64,000 bases of DNA, from assembly GCA_951406725.2 (NCBI GenBank), contig OX597824.1, positions 91,078,001 to 91,142,000 of the forward strand, in the 5' to 3' direction. Both the position numbers and the translations under genes were made by a program. This DNA is from Octopus vulgaris. Its lineage: Eukaryota. Each line of letters begins with the position of its first letter. Position 1 is the first letter of the stretch. Of this stretch, positions 13,380 to 28,898 are shown piece by piece. Below the pieces are notes generated by a model, which made no database searches, was not told where the DNA came from, and was given only the letters and a program-made list of their open reading frames with translations.

Positions 13380-14090
13380 CTGTCTTCCGCAATAGCCTCG
13401 GGCCGATTAAAGCCCTGTGAGTGGATTTGGTAGACGGAAACTAAAAATAAAAGCCTATCGTACATACATATATATATTCAAACACACATACATACATACA
13501 CACATACATACATACATACATACATACATACATACATACATACATACATACATACATGCATACAGATACAGATATACATTCATACACACATTCATACATA
13601 CATACATACATACATACACACACACATATACATACATACATACATACATACATAAATAAATACATACATACTTACATATATACATACATAAATACATGCA
13701 TACATACATACATACATACATACATACATACACACACACTCATACATACATATTTACATACATACATACATACATATATACATTCATACATACATACATA
13801 CATACATACATACATGCATACATACATACATAAATACATACATACATGCTTGTGTGTGTGTGTGTGTGTGTGTGCGTGTATGTGTGTGTGTGTGTGCATC
13901 ACCACCACTTGATAGCTGAAGTTGACGTGTTTACATCGCCTTGACTTAGCGGTTCGGCAGAAAATGTCCGATAGAGTAAGTATCAGGCTTTTAAAAAAAA
14001 TTAAGTACTAGAATCGATTCATTCGACTAATACTTCTCCAAGGCAGTGCCCCAGCATGGCCGTGGTCTGATGACTGAAACAAGTAAAAGA
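13380..14090 (+). mobile_element. Diverged SINE A with its internal microsatellite expanded to ~440 bp
   Basis: The head half ends at about 13460, a (CATA)n/(TG)n tract follows, and the tail half resumes at about 13900. Confidence 0.75.
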
Positions 14091-14609
14091 TGAATTACCT
14101 AGGACATAAATGTGTCCTACTCCTTTTTGCAGATGTCTAAATCCCTTGGCGACTGGAGTTAAGATTAGAGAACTGTCGTGCTGTTGACGCCTATTGAAGC
14201 AGAAACATGTACCCACCACGCCTATCTTCTTATCTCTAGACAATAAATCTATTCTTTTTTTTTAAAGGTGTACCATTTTTGCATTATTTTTTAATCTTGA
14301 TATTATCTCCCCTTCTCATATGGTCTTAATTGCTATTTGGTAACTACGATACACCTTTAGAGGCAGAGATAATTTTAATAAATCAAGAATTAGGAGTAGG
14401 CGCAGGAGTGGTTGTGTAGTAAGTAGCTTGCTTACCAACCACATGGTTCCGGGTTCAGTCCCACTGCGTGGCACCTTGGCCAAATGTCTTCTACTATAGC
14501 CTCGGGCCGACCAAAGCCTTGTGAGTGGATTTGGTAGACACAAATACAAGCACGTATACACGTACTAACATATACAAGTATCCAAAAACAAATACATATA
14601 CACATATAA

Positions 14610-14663
<54 letters not shown>

Positions 14664-15149
14664 GCACATGGACACACATGATTATGGGATAAACTAGCTC
14701 CGAGAAGAATGGCCAGTGCATACAGAGCAACAGCTGTGGTTAAGTATTGTGATATATAGCATACAGAGGGGAGTGCTTGTGCGTTCTAGCTTATAACAGC
14801 CAAGGTTACTGAGGACAAGAGTGGTCTTAGTGGAAGTATAGTGGACAGGAGATCGATTTCTGTCTGGAATCTCGAAGCAGGAATTACTTTGTGGTTTTGT
14901 AGCCTGCTAACAGCTTTGTCGTATTTTAAATTAACCCCAACGAAGAAACACAAAGCCTCTCATGGTTCTGTTGACATAGAAACAATGTAACTCTTTATAG
15001 ACAAATACAGGTATATCAAATACCATACAATATAATTTCGAAATTTATTCAAATTCTCTCTGCCTTTGAGCATTATTTCCAAACATATTTATTACATTAT
15101 TTACATTGTTTACATTTGACGGCTATTTGTCCTCATCTTGTTTGTTTTT

Positions 15150-15195
15150 AACACAACATTTCGGCTGATATACCCTCCAGCCTTCATCAGGTGTC
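15150..15195 (-). ncRNA. Minimal hammerhead ribozyme motif (second element family)
   Basis: gacac-CTGATGA-A-ggctg(gagggtatat)cagcc-GAAATGTT-gtgtt: canonical core with 5-bp stems I and II. Confidence 0.7.
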
Positions 15196-15525
15196 TTGGG
15201 GAAATTTCGAAACTGGGTTCTCATTCCTAAGGTATTTTTCAATGTTATTATCATATAATAAGCAAAAGTAAAACAATTAGTTCAGATGTCGATCTGTTCG
15301 ACTAAAACCCTCCAAAGTGTGTGCTACATACACACATACATACGTACATACATATATATGACGAACTAACTGTTACTTTCTTAGATGCAGCACGGACTTT
15401 GTCAGTGAACAGGTCGCGGATTTTAGCGACGAAAATATTTTGACAAATTAAACTTAAATGTTGGGTGAATCGAACGGCTTTGTGTGTTTCTTAAATGGCT
15501 TATAAACACCTCCCACGCTGGTACC

Positions 15526-15565
<40 letters not shown>

Positions 15566-16238
15566 GTATGTATGGAGTGCTGTGTGGTAAATAGCTTGCT
15601 TACCAACCACATGGTTCCGGGTTCAGTCCCACTGCGTGGCACTTTGGGCGAGTGTCTTCTACTATAGCCTCGGGTCGATACAGCCAGTGACTCTAATTAA
15701 AAGATCCTTACTTAAGTTACCACATAGTGGGACTGAACCCGGAACCATGTGACTGGGAATCGATAATAAATATTCTTTCATTTAATATATTATCAAATAT
15801 ATAGACAAAGATTACACAGTTTTTGGAAAATGACGACTGGGTTCGCGAAAAAAATAATTTTAAGAACTACTGAATATAAACAGCAATATTCGCTGTGCTA
15901 ATCAAACCCTTCTGTCTTAAAAAGGAAAAGTTACATTGAATAATATAGTCTTGGATCCTGCATGTATGCAACGAAATAGCTTTATATGTCTTTACACCGG
16001 ATTCTCGTTATTTATCGCGTGTTGGCATTCCAGAGATTCCCTCCATATCGCATTCGCCGAAATTTGATTAGCGTATATCTTTTCTAGATAAATTATGCTT
16101 AGCTTAAAATTGTTACCATTACGAAGGAACGAAAAATTTAGTGTCTCAGAGTGGTTTTTCGAGCAGGAACAACATTGGTGTACTCAAGTTGCAGATTATT
16201 CCATTCTCTTTTCTTATTTGCAGTGTGTATTTATATGC

Positions 16239-16257
16239 ACATACATACATACATACA

Positions 16258-16288
<31 letters not shown>

Positions 16289-16362
16289 CATACATACATA
16301 CATACATACATACATACATACATACATACATACATACATACATACATACATACATACATACA

Positions 16363-16398
<36 letters not shown>

Positions 16399-16654
16399 TA
16401 CATACATACATATACATACATATATACATACATATATACATACATACATATATACATACATACATACATACATACATACATACATACATACCTTCATACA
16501 TACATACATACATAATATTCGCTGTGCTTTCCAAGAACCGAATTCTATTATACATACATACATACATACATACATACATACATACATACCTTCATACATA
16601 CATACATACATACATACATACATACATACCTACATACATACATACATACATACC

Positions 16655-16685
<31 letters not shown>

Positions 16686-16919
16686 CATACATACATACAT
16701 ACATACATACATACATACATACATACATACCTACATACATACATACATACCTTCATACATACATACATACATACATACATACATACATACATACATACAT
16801 ACATACATACCTTCATACATACATACATACATACATACATACATACATACATACATACATACATACATACATACATACATACATACATACATACATACAT
16901 ACATACATACATACATACA

Positions 16920-16953
<34 letters not shown>

Positions 16954-17523
16954 CATACATACATACATACATACATACATACATACATACATACATACAT
17001 ACATACATACATACATACATACATACATACATACATACATACATACATACATACATACATACCTTCATACATACATACATACATACATACATACATACAT
17101 ACATACATACATACATACATACATACCTTCATACATACATACATACATACATACATACATACCTTCATACATACATACATACATACCTTCATACATACAT
17201 ACATACATACATACATACATACATACATACATACCTTCATACATACATACTTACATACATACATACATACATACATACCTTCATACATACATACATACAT
17301 ACATACATACATACATACATACCTTCATACATACATACATACATACCTTCATACATACATACATACATACATACATACATACCTTCATACATACATACAT
17401 ACATACATACATACCTTCATACATACATACATACATACATACCTACATACATACATACATACATACATACATACATACATACATACATACTTTCATACAT
17501 ACATACATACATACATACATACA
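16239..17523. repeat. ~1.3-kb (CATA)n array with CCTT variant units
   Basis: Directly visible; source of the spurious 527-aa and 466-aa ORFs. Confidence 0.97.
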
Positions 17524-17576
17524 TGTGTGTGTGTGTATGTTGTATGTATGAATATATATGTATATATATATATGCA

Positions 17577-17623
<47 letters not shown>

Positions 17624-18196
17624 CTATAGGGTTTGGAATTTTGGGTGTGGGGGTAGTCGATTATGTAGTACTTACTAGTACATACTAGTACTTATTTTAT
17701 CGATTCCGATAGAATGAACAGCAAAGTCGGCCACGGCAGAATTTGGACACAGAACGTGGAGACGGACGAAATGCCACTAAGCATTTCTCCTGGTAAGCTA
17801 ACGATTCTGCCACCTCGCCACACACACACACACAGACACACACCCTCTGTTTCCGTGCGTTTAGGGAGAACTGTTGATTATGGCATAAAAATGCTTTCAT
17901 TATTGTATTCTTGTACACCAGTTCTTTTGCATAGAATCACTTCTAATAAGTTTCTGGGCCCTCGAACCCTTAAATCCGATGAAAAAAAAAAAGTTCTTTC
18001 CATTACCGTTACGGAAATGTAATTTCCGTCCATTCATAGCAAAGAGACAATGTAAAATGACACACACACACACAAATGTAATCACACATACTAAAACAGT
18101 GATACAGACACACACACCTAAAGTTTAGGCTCTTAGACGAACCGTATGTATCAAACACACAAACGCACTCATCTCTTCAGAAAGGCGCATGCAGAA

Positions 18197-18230
<34 letters not shown>

Positions 18231-18944
18231 ACACGAGCACACACACACACACACACAAATACACACGTACGCGCACGCACTGTGTGTTCAGGAAATCTTC
18301 GCACTGGTAACAATCGGCAATAACATTCCATCGCCGACTCATACTGGTTTCAAATTTCGGTGCAAGTCCAGCATTTGCGAGGAGGGGATAAATCGTACAC
18401 CCCACTCTCTAGACCCAACTGGTACTTATTTAATCGACCCCGAAAGGATAAAAGTCAAAGTCGACCTAAGTGGAATTTGAACTCAGAACATAAAGTCTGA
18501 CGAAATACTGCTAAACATTTCGCCCGACGTGCTAACGTTTCTGCCAGCTCGCCGCCTTGGCATGTTTATATATTCTCTTCTACTCTAGGCACAAGGCCCG
18601 AAATTTTCGGGGAGGGTGTGACCAGTCGATTAGATCGACCCCAGTATGCCACTGGTACTTAATTTATCGACCCCGAAAGGATAAAAAGCAAAGTCGAACT
18701 CAGCGGAATTTGAACTCAGAACGTAAAGACAGACGAAATACTAAGCATTTCGCTCGGCCTGCGAACGATTCTACCAGTTCACCATCTTAAATTACTAATG
18801 TTGACCCGTGATGAAAGCACATGGCGCACCACTGAAATGTGGAATCTCGAACGAACTGGTTTCATTTGATACATGTTCCACAGTAACTTTCTTTGACCTG
18901 CTGCCCCATAATTCCAATAAGAATTGACTTCTTGATTACTATTA

Positions 18945-19337
18945 CTAGCAGTATCGCCCGGCGTTGCTCGGGTTTGTTTCGACCCTTTAGAATTAGAATT
19001 TTTGAAAAGTAAAAATTTTGCATTATGTAGCTTGTTATTCTCTTTAAGCGAACATTTTTCATGTTGAAATACACCGAAAAATGGTGACAGAGCAGTCAAA
19101 AAATCGTAAAAAAATAGGGATTTTCATAGAAAAAACCCCACCTTTTTGATGAGAAAAATGTTTGGTCGTAACATGGTCCGATTTGAATTTTTTCTTCTAC
19201 GGAAGGAAGAGCAAGCCTTCTCTATCATACTCTCAATTTTGGTCAACTTGCGTCGCAGGGTCTCGGAGGAGATAGTGTTAGTTGAAGGCTACCAAACCTG
19301 CCATACACAGACAACTTCGGCTTTATATACAGAGAGA
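18945..19337 (-). mobile_element. Non-autonomous Helitron, apparently complete (393 bp)
   Basis: Minus strand starts A|TCTCTCTGTATATAAAG and ends with the hairpin CCCGAGCAACGCCGGG followed by ...CTAG|T. It is inserted between A and T with no TSD. Confidence 0.85.
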
Positions 19338-20169
19338 TAATTGCACGGTCCTCCTATTTAACGAGACGAATTTGGTTGAACATAATATTTCCCGTATCTT
19401 CGTTATTCTGGCATGTATCCAGTCCTTCCCTGTTCATCATCTCAGTGACACTTCTGGGTTCTGTATAACAGCTGTCATTGCTTTCATTTTCAATGTGGAC
19501 CTTTCCACCTCAAGAAATTATTTTGCTTTCTTTCCTGTCAACGCTATTGACTGGGCCGCACGAGCAATGCAAGCAATCGAAACCTGCAGCAGCAACTGTT
19601 TGCAGGATCTTATTACTGCCTTTGCCAGCGATATTAAAAGGCAGCTGGAGTTTTTCAGTAGCACCGTAGAGTCCGACTCTTGTATAGTATAGCGCGAGGG
19701 TAAATTATTTTCGTACATGCTTGCGCATTTTTTCTATTCTCTCCACTGTTGTGGTAAATGCTCAACAGCATTTCGTCCGTCTTCACGTCTCTGGGTTCAA
19801 ATTCCAGTGAGGTCAATTTTGACTTTTATCCTTTCGGGGTCGATAAAATAAGTACCAGTTGGACACTGGGTGGGGGTGTATGACTTACCCTCTCCTCGCA
19901 AATGCTGGTCTTGCACCGAAATTTGAAACCAATATGAATCGGCGATTGTCAGTGCGGAGGTTTCCTGAACACACACCAGTGTGTGCGTGTGCGTTCGTGT
20001 ATTTGGTACATATGCTTCATTTAAGAGCCTAAGCTTTGTGTTGTTATTTCGTATGTCTTAAGTAACTGTAAGAGCCTCGGCAAAAGGCCATGCTGATAAC
20101 ACCAAATCTTTAAAAAAAACTCGACTGCCAAACCAGTTGTCAACAGACGTTAGTCGCGCCCAGAGGGAA

Positions 20170-20560
20170 AGAATTCCGATTTGTGCATTGGAATAATTAA
20201 CAGTTTCTCAGTATAATACATAATCTTCTAGTTTTATTTCTCTATGGTCTGCATCACTAAAGGATTTCCCGCATGATACTGAAGTCAGTTGTATGCTCTT
20301 TCAGATTCCAGATGTAACTTGATAATATCGTATCCATTTGAAGGGGAAAAAAATATGGTTGAAGTAACTTTGTTTAATTTTATGCATCTAATTCTGTACA
20401 AATATTCAGTTTGGCAGATCTGACTGGTACTTCATAAAAGAGTATTCGCAGCTAGTATTATTTAATTTAGTTGGTTTTATATCTTCCAAGATTTTATCAT
20501 ATTGGAAGTACGACAGTAAATCAAATTTAGACTGTTTATATTAAAGTTTTCCAATAATAA
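20170..20560 (-). pseudogene. Decayed Penelope-like retroelement ORF (linker plus GIY-YIG endonuclease C-terminal part)
   Basis: Frameshifted minus-strand peptides NFNINSLNLIYCRTSNM, KIKQSYFNH and DTILSSYIWNLKEHTTDFSIMREIL**CRP*RNKTRRLC. These resemble the PLE motifs IFNRNTxKLSYSCMPNM and TxLSxYIWxLK...IxWxIL...CxPY. Confidence 0.7.
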
Positions 20561-21228
20561 TTCATATTCTGCGATTCCCCGTATATTACAGTAGAACACA
20601 CAATGGAACAGTTTTTATAATCGAAATCTCAACCAAAATATTCTTGACTCCAAAACTGAGATACCGCAACATGACGCTTCTCACTTTAAACGTTGAATAT
20701 ATTTCTAAAAGTTTTCTATTAACCATCACTCTACAGTGTTAACTATTTAATAGAAGCAATCTAAAGCAGAGCTACAGCTGAACTGTCAACACGGAAACTA
20801 ACTAAATTAACTGAGGTTCGTTGCACACGCAACACAAACAAAGGCATGTCCTCTTAGTCAATTATGCAATGCCAAAGAGATCGTATATGAAAGAGAAGTT
20901 ATGTCCGCCAAACCAAAACTTAATATAGAGCTTAAATACTACATAAATATAGCGGAAAGGAAATTTAAACAAAGTTGCTTCCTTCATAGGACACACACAC
21001 GTATGTATCTCAGTCTGTATGCATGTATCTGTGTGTGTGTGCGTGTATGAAAGCCATTGAAACTCAATACAGTATACTATTAATTATGAAAGAGGAGTTA
21101 TGTCTATCAAAGCAAACTTAATATAGACTTTAAATAATAGATAGGTATGGCGGAAAGTAAATTTAAACAACGACATATAATGCTTCCTTAGGACATTAAA
21201 TCTATCTATCTATCTGTATGTATGTATG

Positions 21229-21338
<110 letters not shown>

Positions 21339-21987
21339 CATGCGTACGTATATACTCTCACATCTGAAAGAAGCCATTGAAAGTCTATATAGTATTGTAC
21401 TATTGTGGTCTCAAGCGCTGTATGGAATAAACAGAAATAACAATAAAGAGAATCGAGCATAAATACATTAAAAATTTAAAAAAAAAGTAAAAAACGAAAG
21501 AAGACAACAAGAGAATTTTTTTCGCTCAAAAAATACAAATTTTTTATTGATTATGTTTCAAGATTTGAAAGACAAGTTGGCAGGAATGTAATATTTTAAA
21601 GGGGAGGGGCAAGTGGTGGGGGAGTGGGGTGTAGTGAATAGCCTCTCACATGGCCATCTATCAAGAAAAAAAAAAGATTGCAATAAATCGCCATTTTAAA
21701 AATAGTAATGATTATAATGATACTACTAATACTAATAATTAGGTTTTGTTTCATAGGCACAAGGCTTACACATTTTTGAATAAGGTAGGAGGGGGGAGGC
21801 GTAATCGATGAGACTGCCCCCACCCCCATAGTAATTCTAGACTGGTACTTTATATTTTATTGACCCTCTAAGGACGAAAGGCAAAAGTCGACCTAGGCGG
21901 TATTTGAACTCAGAATCTCAAGAGATGTAAGTAACCATTGTAAAGCAGTTTTATCCATCGCTCAAACAATTCTGGAACCATCAAGCC

Positions 21988-22022
<35 letters not shown>

Positions 22023-22039
22023 GTTATGATAATGATTTC

Positions 22040-22247
22040 AAGTTTTTTCCACAAGAGTAGTTTGGGGGAGGGGGTTAAGTCGATTATATCGACCCCCAGT
22101 GTGTAACTGGAACTTATTTAATCGACCCCCGAAAGGATGAAAGGCAAAGTGGACCTCGGCGGAATTTGAACTCAGAACGCAGAGACGGGCGAAATACCGC
22201 TAAGCATTTCGGCCGGCGCGCTAACTATTCGGCCACCACACCGCCTT
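22040..22247 (-). mobile_element. SINE B within (TAA)n, in a cluster of older B fragments (21740-22640)
   Basis: Family B head and core with an alternative tail. Confidence 0.8.
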
Positions 22248-24657
22248 AGTAATAATAATAATAATAATAATAATGATAATAATATTGGCACAATGCCTGA
22301 AATATTTTTGTGAGTTAATCGAATAAATAGGTTCGAGGACTTGTTTGCTAATTTGTATTAACGACGTCCAGAAGAATGAAAGACAAAATTGATGTCGGCG
22401 TGGTTTGAACTCAGAACGTAAAGAGTTGGATCAAACACAAGAAATTTAATCCGCTCCTCCAAGATTTCCGAGCATCGCCATTATGCCATCGTCTTTCGTA
22501 TTCGACTGGTGCTCTATTATTATTATTATTATTATTATTCTTTTTTTTCATTGACCGTTTGGAAGGATAGAAAGCGAAGTAAACTTCGCCGGGATTTGAA
22601 CTCAGAATGTAAAAACGTAAAGGGACGTTATTAAATAGCGTAAGGTAGTTTTGTTGAGAAGGCCCTATATTGTATTTTTATGGGGAAGAGAGAGAGGGGG
22701 GAAAATGAGATGTTAGGAAGTTCGTGCCTGTTCCGAAGGCATTAGCTGCGGTAGTGAAGCGATTTATCGTCTTCAGTTGGAAATCGAACCAAGATCACAG
22801 GATTCATTCAAGTTATCGTTTACCTAACTGAAAGAATCTACACTCAAAGGCCGCAGATTTATAGCGATGATGGTGGGAAACGAATCTGTGTGACGTTTTT
22901 TACTTCTTCCTCAAGTAAGAACATCACTGGTGTAAACGAGCAAAGGGGAAACTGACAACGACCGGATATCAAAACCGGCTTGCCGGAAGTTTGAACTTAG
23001 CATCCATTATATATTTATATATATATATATAAAAATTCTATTTTATGGTGTTCTTTAGAAGTTGATAAAATTTAATATCGAAATAAGAGATTATCTTGTT
23101 TTATAATCCCGTTCTGTTTCTCTATAAACACGTGTGTAGATTATGAATGAAAAGTGGATTAAAAATACTATCAACAACAACAACAACAACAATAAAAACA
23201 TGGGCGTCATTAACAATAACAAACAGGAGCAACAAGAAGATAGAGCTTAAAATAATTTTTAACATCGGCATAATGCCAAAATATTTTGAAAGAGTTTTCA
23301 TAGAGGCGATTTAGTGTACCCTAATATTTGACTGAAAATTACTTTAATGACCCCGCTGGCAAAAAAAAAAAAAAAAATTAAAAAAGGTGAAGGTAGAATT
23401 TGAACTAGCGTCTAAAGGGTTGTAACTAAATTTTGCAAGATACGCCCGTATTTTCTAGAGTGCGTTGCGTTTCAATCGTTTTCCACTTCTTTTTTCAACT
23501 TTGGCATGAGGCTATATATTTATAGAAGTGAGATTTAATTTAAAATCAATCCCAGGTATATTACAGATATTGAATATTATTTTATCGTACCCGAAGGTTT
23601 CAAATGCAAAGTCAACACCGTTTGGATTTGAACACGGAACGTAGAGAGACATAACTAAATACCACATACCACTTAGTCCTCTACACCCATTACATCTTGG
23701 TAATATATATAGGTATGTATATATATATATAAACATATATACATATACACACACATATATAATACAAGTGCAAATGGATTTTATACATAAACCTGAGGAG
23801 TTGGCATTTGTATGGAATTACTATAATAAAACCGAGGCAATGTATTGTTACATATATTATATAATAATATAGCAATACTTTTCTAGTAAATTATCCATGA
23901 AACACTTGCAAAATTATATGATAAAAGGAATTGCTTGCTCCATTCTCCTTGTCAATAATTGTATAAACTCTACGGATATTTACGGATTTTCAGATATATT
24001 TTCAGTGAAACTATAAATTTCCATTTTATACGTGTATCTGATAGCCGGTACCTGTGGACGAGCTAAATAAAGCAAACTCCAAGGTTAAAATTCAAATGCA
24101 GTTTATAGACACACACACACATACATATATATTATATATACATACATATATGTATATACAGATACATACATACATATATATATACATATACATATACATA
24201 CATATATATATATACATACATACATACAATATATATATATATATATATATGGGATTCTTGCAAAGTTTAAAGACAAAGTCGACCTCGCTGTAATTTGAAC
24301 CCAGAACATAAAAACCAGAAGGGAACACAAAGCTAAATGCCTCAAGGCATTTAATACATCTGGCACGTCATGACTGCCACAACACCACCGTTTTATACCT
24401 CATAAAGAATTGATTCCTAGAATAGGCAATTGGCCATAAATACCGTGGAAGGGTTAAGGAGAATATAGTCAATAATATCAAGCCCGTTGTTGAATGGATT
24501 GTTATTATAGATTTATTTATCGACCTCCATATTTTGGAAAGAAGGAAGGCAAAGTCTAAATGCAGAATATAAAAGGGAGGTAACCGTATACCATCTCTGC
24601 ATTCCATCACTCTCATTTCATATATGTATATATACATATATATACATACATATACAT

Positions 24658-24714
<57 letters not shown>

Positions 24715-24753
24715 CTATATATATATACATACATATATAAGTATATATATATA

Positions 24754-24818
<65 letters not shown>

Positions 24819-24819
24819 T

Positions 24820-26632
<1,813 letters not shown>

Positions 26633-27103
26633 CTAAAACACACAGAAGAACTTTTTCCAACCCTTTTTCCTTTTATGGGGTGGTACGTCTGGATTGATCT
26701 TTTTCAATTTCGATTTGCCCGAAGGCACACTGGGTAGCGTAGGTTTACCAAGGTTCAAAGCTGAAATGATGGCACTGTCAAAGACTTCTTTCAGGTTCTT
26801 TTGCGTCAGCGCCGAGCACTCAATATACGAATAGGCCCCAATTTGGCAGGCGAGGCGCTGGGCATCGGCTTCCGCAATTGGGGCCTCTTTGTAGCGAGCC
26901 AGTTCAATGAGGATTTTCACATCGTTCCTGAGATCGCATTGAGTACCAATTAAGATGATTGGTGTTTTAGGTGAATGTTGCCGCACCTCTGGTAACCATT
27001 TGTCAAGAATGTTGTGGAAGGACGAAGGACAGACCACACTGAAACAAAGCAGGAAGACATCTGTGTTCGGGTAACATAGAGGACGTAGCGAATCAAAATC
27101 GTC
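26633..27103 (-). CDS. RHOU: Terminal coding exon of a RhoU/RhoV (Wrch1/Chp)-like Rho GTPase
   Basis: Acceptor ...tttatcttccaatttag| is followed by DDFDSLRPLCYPNTDVFLLCFSVVCPSSFHNILDKWLPEVRQHSPKTPIILIGTQCDLR...YIECSALTQKNLKEVFD...KRKKGWKKFFCVF*. The exon is 471 nt in phase 0. The TQxD G4 motif, the SAL G5 motif and the non-CAAX WKKFFCxx end are typical of RhoU/V. Confidence 0.95.
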   Translation of the reverse strand, partial: DDFDSLRPLCYPNTDVFLLCFSVVCPSSFHNILDKWLPEVRQHSPKTPIILIGTQCDLRNDVKILIELARYKEAPIAEADAQRLACQIGAYSYIECSALTQKNLKEVFDSAIISALNLGKPTLPSVPSGKSKLKKINPDVPPHKRKKGWKKFFCVF

Positions 27104-27200
27104 CTAAATTGGAAGATAAAAGAAGAAAAGAAGAAAATCAATTAGTAAATGATAAATAATTAATTAAACAATAAATGATATACATAGCAAAAAATATGTC

Positions 27201-27545
27201 ACCACCACAACCACCACTAGCAACACCAACAACACCACCACTGCCACCACCATCACCAGTAACACCAACAACAACACCACGACCGCCGCCGCCGCTACCA
27301 CCACCGCCGCTACCACCACCGCCGCTACCACCACCGCCGCTACCACCACCGCCACTACCAGCAACACCAACAACAACATCACCACCACCACCAACAACAA
27401 CTACAACAACACCAACAACGGTACCACCACTGCCACTATCACTGCAACCACAACGACACCACTGCCACCATCACCACTGCCACTACCAACACCACCACCA
27501 CTGCCACCACCACCGCCACCAGCAACACCAACAACACCACCACAA
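27201..27545. repeat. (CCA/CAA)n trinucleotide low-complexity tract
   Basis: Directly visible; intronic, about 100 bp from the RhoU acceptor. Confidence 0.9.
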
Positions 27546-27897
27546 AATCAAAATCTCAGATAAAGTAAAGCATTCAACCATTCTTCGATACCAGAGCTTA
27601 TAATCATTATTTAGAGAGAAAGAGAGATAGAGAGAGAGAGAGATAAATAGAGAGAAAGACAGAAGAGAGGGAGAGAGAGGATAGAGATAAAAAGAGAGAG
27701 AGGGGGAGAGGAGAGATAGAGAGAAAGAACAGACTTATGACTTCATTTCGCTCTTTAGCGTCTAACTTCAAAAACGGCTGATGTCAATGTTACGATCTGT
27801 CATTATTAGTTCGATAAATCAATACATACGCGCGTGCGCGTGCACAAACATACAGGGACACACAGACACACACAGACACACACACGTACACACATGG

Positions 27898-28080
27898 TTA
27901 AAAATTATACAAAAAACAAAAGACGGAGACAGGTGAGAGAACAGCAAACAAGGTGTATTTAGTTTGACGCTCAGGAAAAATGAAAGAGGTCTTTGATGTT
28001 TCAAGCCTACGCATTTCCTCAGAAAAGAGTGACGAAGGGAAACAGATGGAGAGGAAGGAGAAAAAAAAAACGGAGAGAAA
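27898..28080 (-). mobile_element. Short Penelope-like element with a degenerate hammerhead (27991-28026)
   Basis: Minus strand reads tttt-CTGAGGA-aatgc(gtag)gctt-GAAACATC-aaag, followed by the conserved CCTGAGCGTC. Confidence 0.6.
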
Positions 28081-28542
28081 TATACAAAGAGAGGAAGGAC
28101 AGAGAGAGAGAGGGGGAGGGAGAGAAGCACAAATGGCGTTTGTTTATTTCCCCAAATAGCGTTAACATCCTACCAGCCAGATTCTAAAATACGAGCTGCA
28201 AAACTATAAACGCAATAAACACCTTCAACGAACAGAGATTAATCGATATGTTTCAGTTCGTTGAAATTATGTAACAGCGGTATATTTTCTTATTTATAAA
28301 TTGCAGCTTAAAATTAGCCACATGTAGCTTTTCTTATTAAACAACCTGGCCACCTCCGGCGCTTTACGGCTTTTCAAGATCTGGACAGAGTTTAAGGAGA
28401 CAAACACAAACAAACGCGTACACACACACACATATATATATGTAACTTAATCCGACGAGTTAGGCTCCTGTGAGAAGTCTGTGAAAGTTGCATGGGCCCC
28501 AAATCAAACTATTCTAAATAACACACACATGCGCACACACAC

Positions 28543-28843
<301 letters not shown>

Positions 28844-28898
28844 TTGATCAGACTTATACACACTGGCATTGATTTTGTAACACTTTTAGTGCCTCATA

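Noticed and set aside
16095-17678. 527-aa and 466-aa ORFs, and all other [12 protein letters not shown] and LSIY ORFs
   Set aside because: They are translations of stop-free microsatellites with no domain content.
19282-19718. 136-aa (+) and 66-aa (-) ORFs in non-repetitive-looking sequence
   Set aside because: No recognisable motif; the plus ORF begins inside the Helitron. Left unassigned.
27175-27603. Poly-Pro/His ORF resembling a formin FH1 or extensin region
   Set aside because: It is a (CCA)n low-complexity tract, antisense within the RhoU intron, with no flanking domain or splice evidence.
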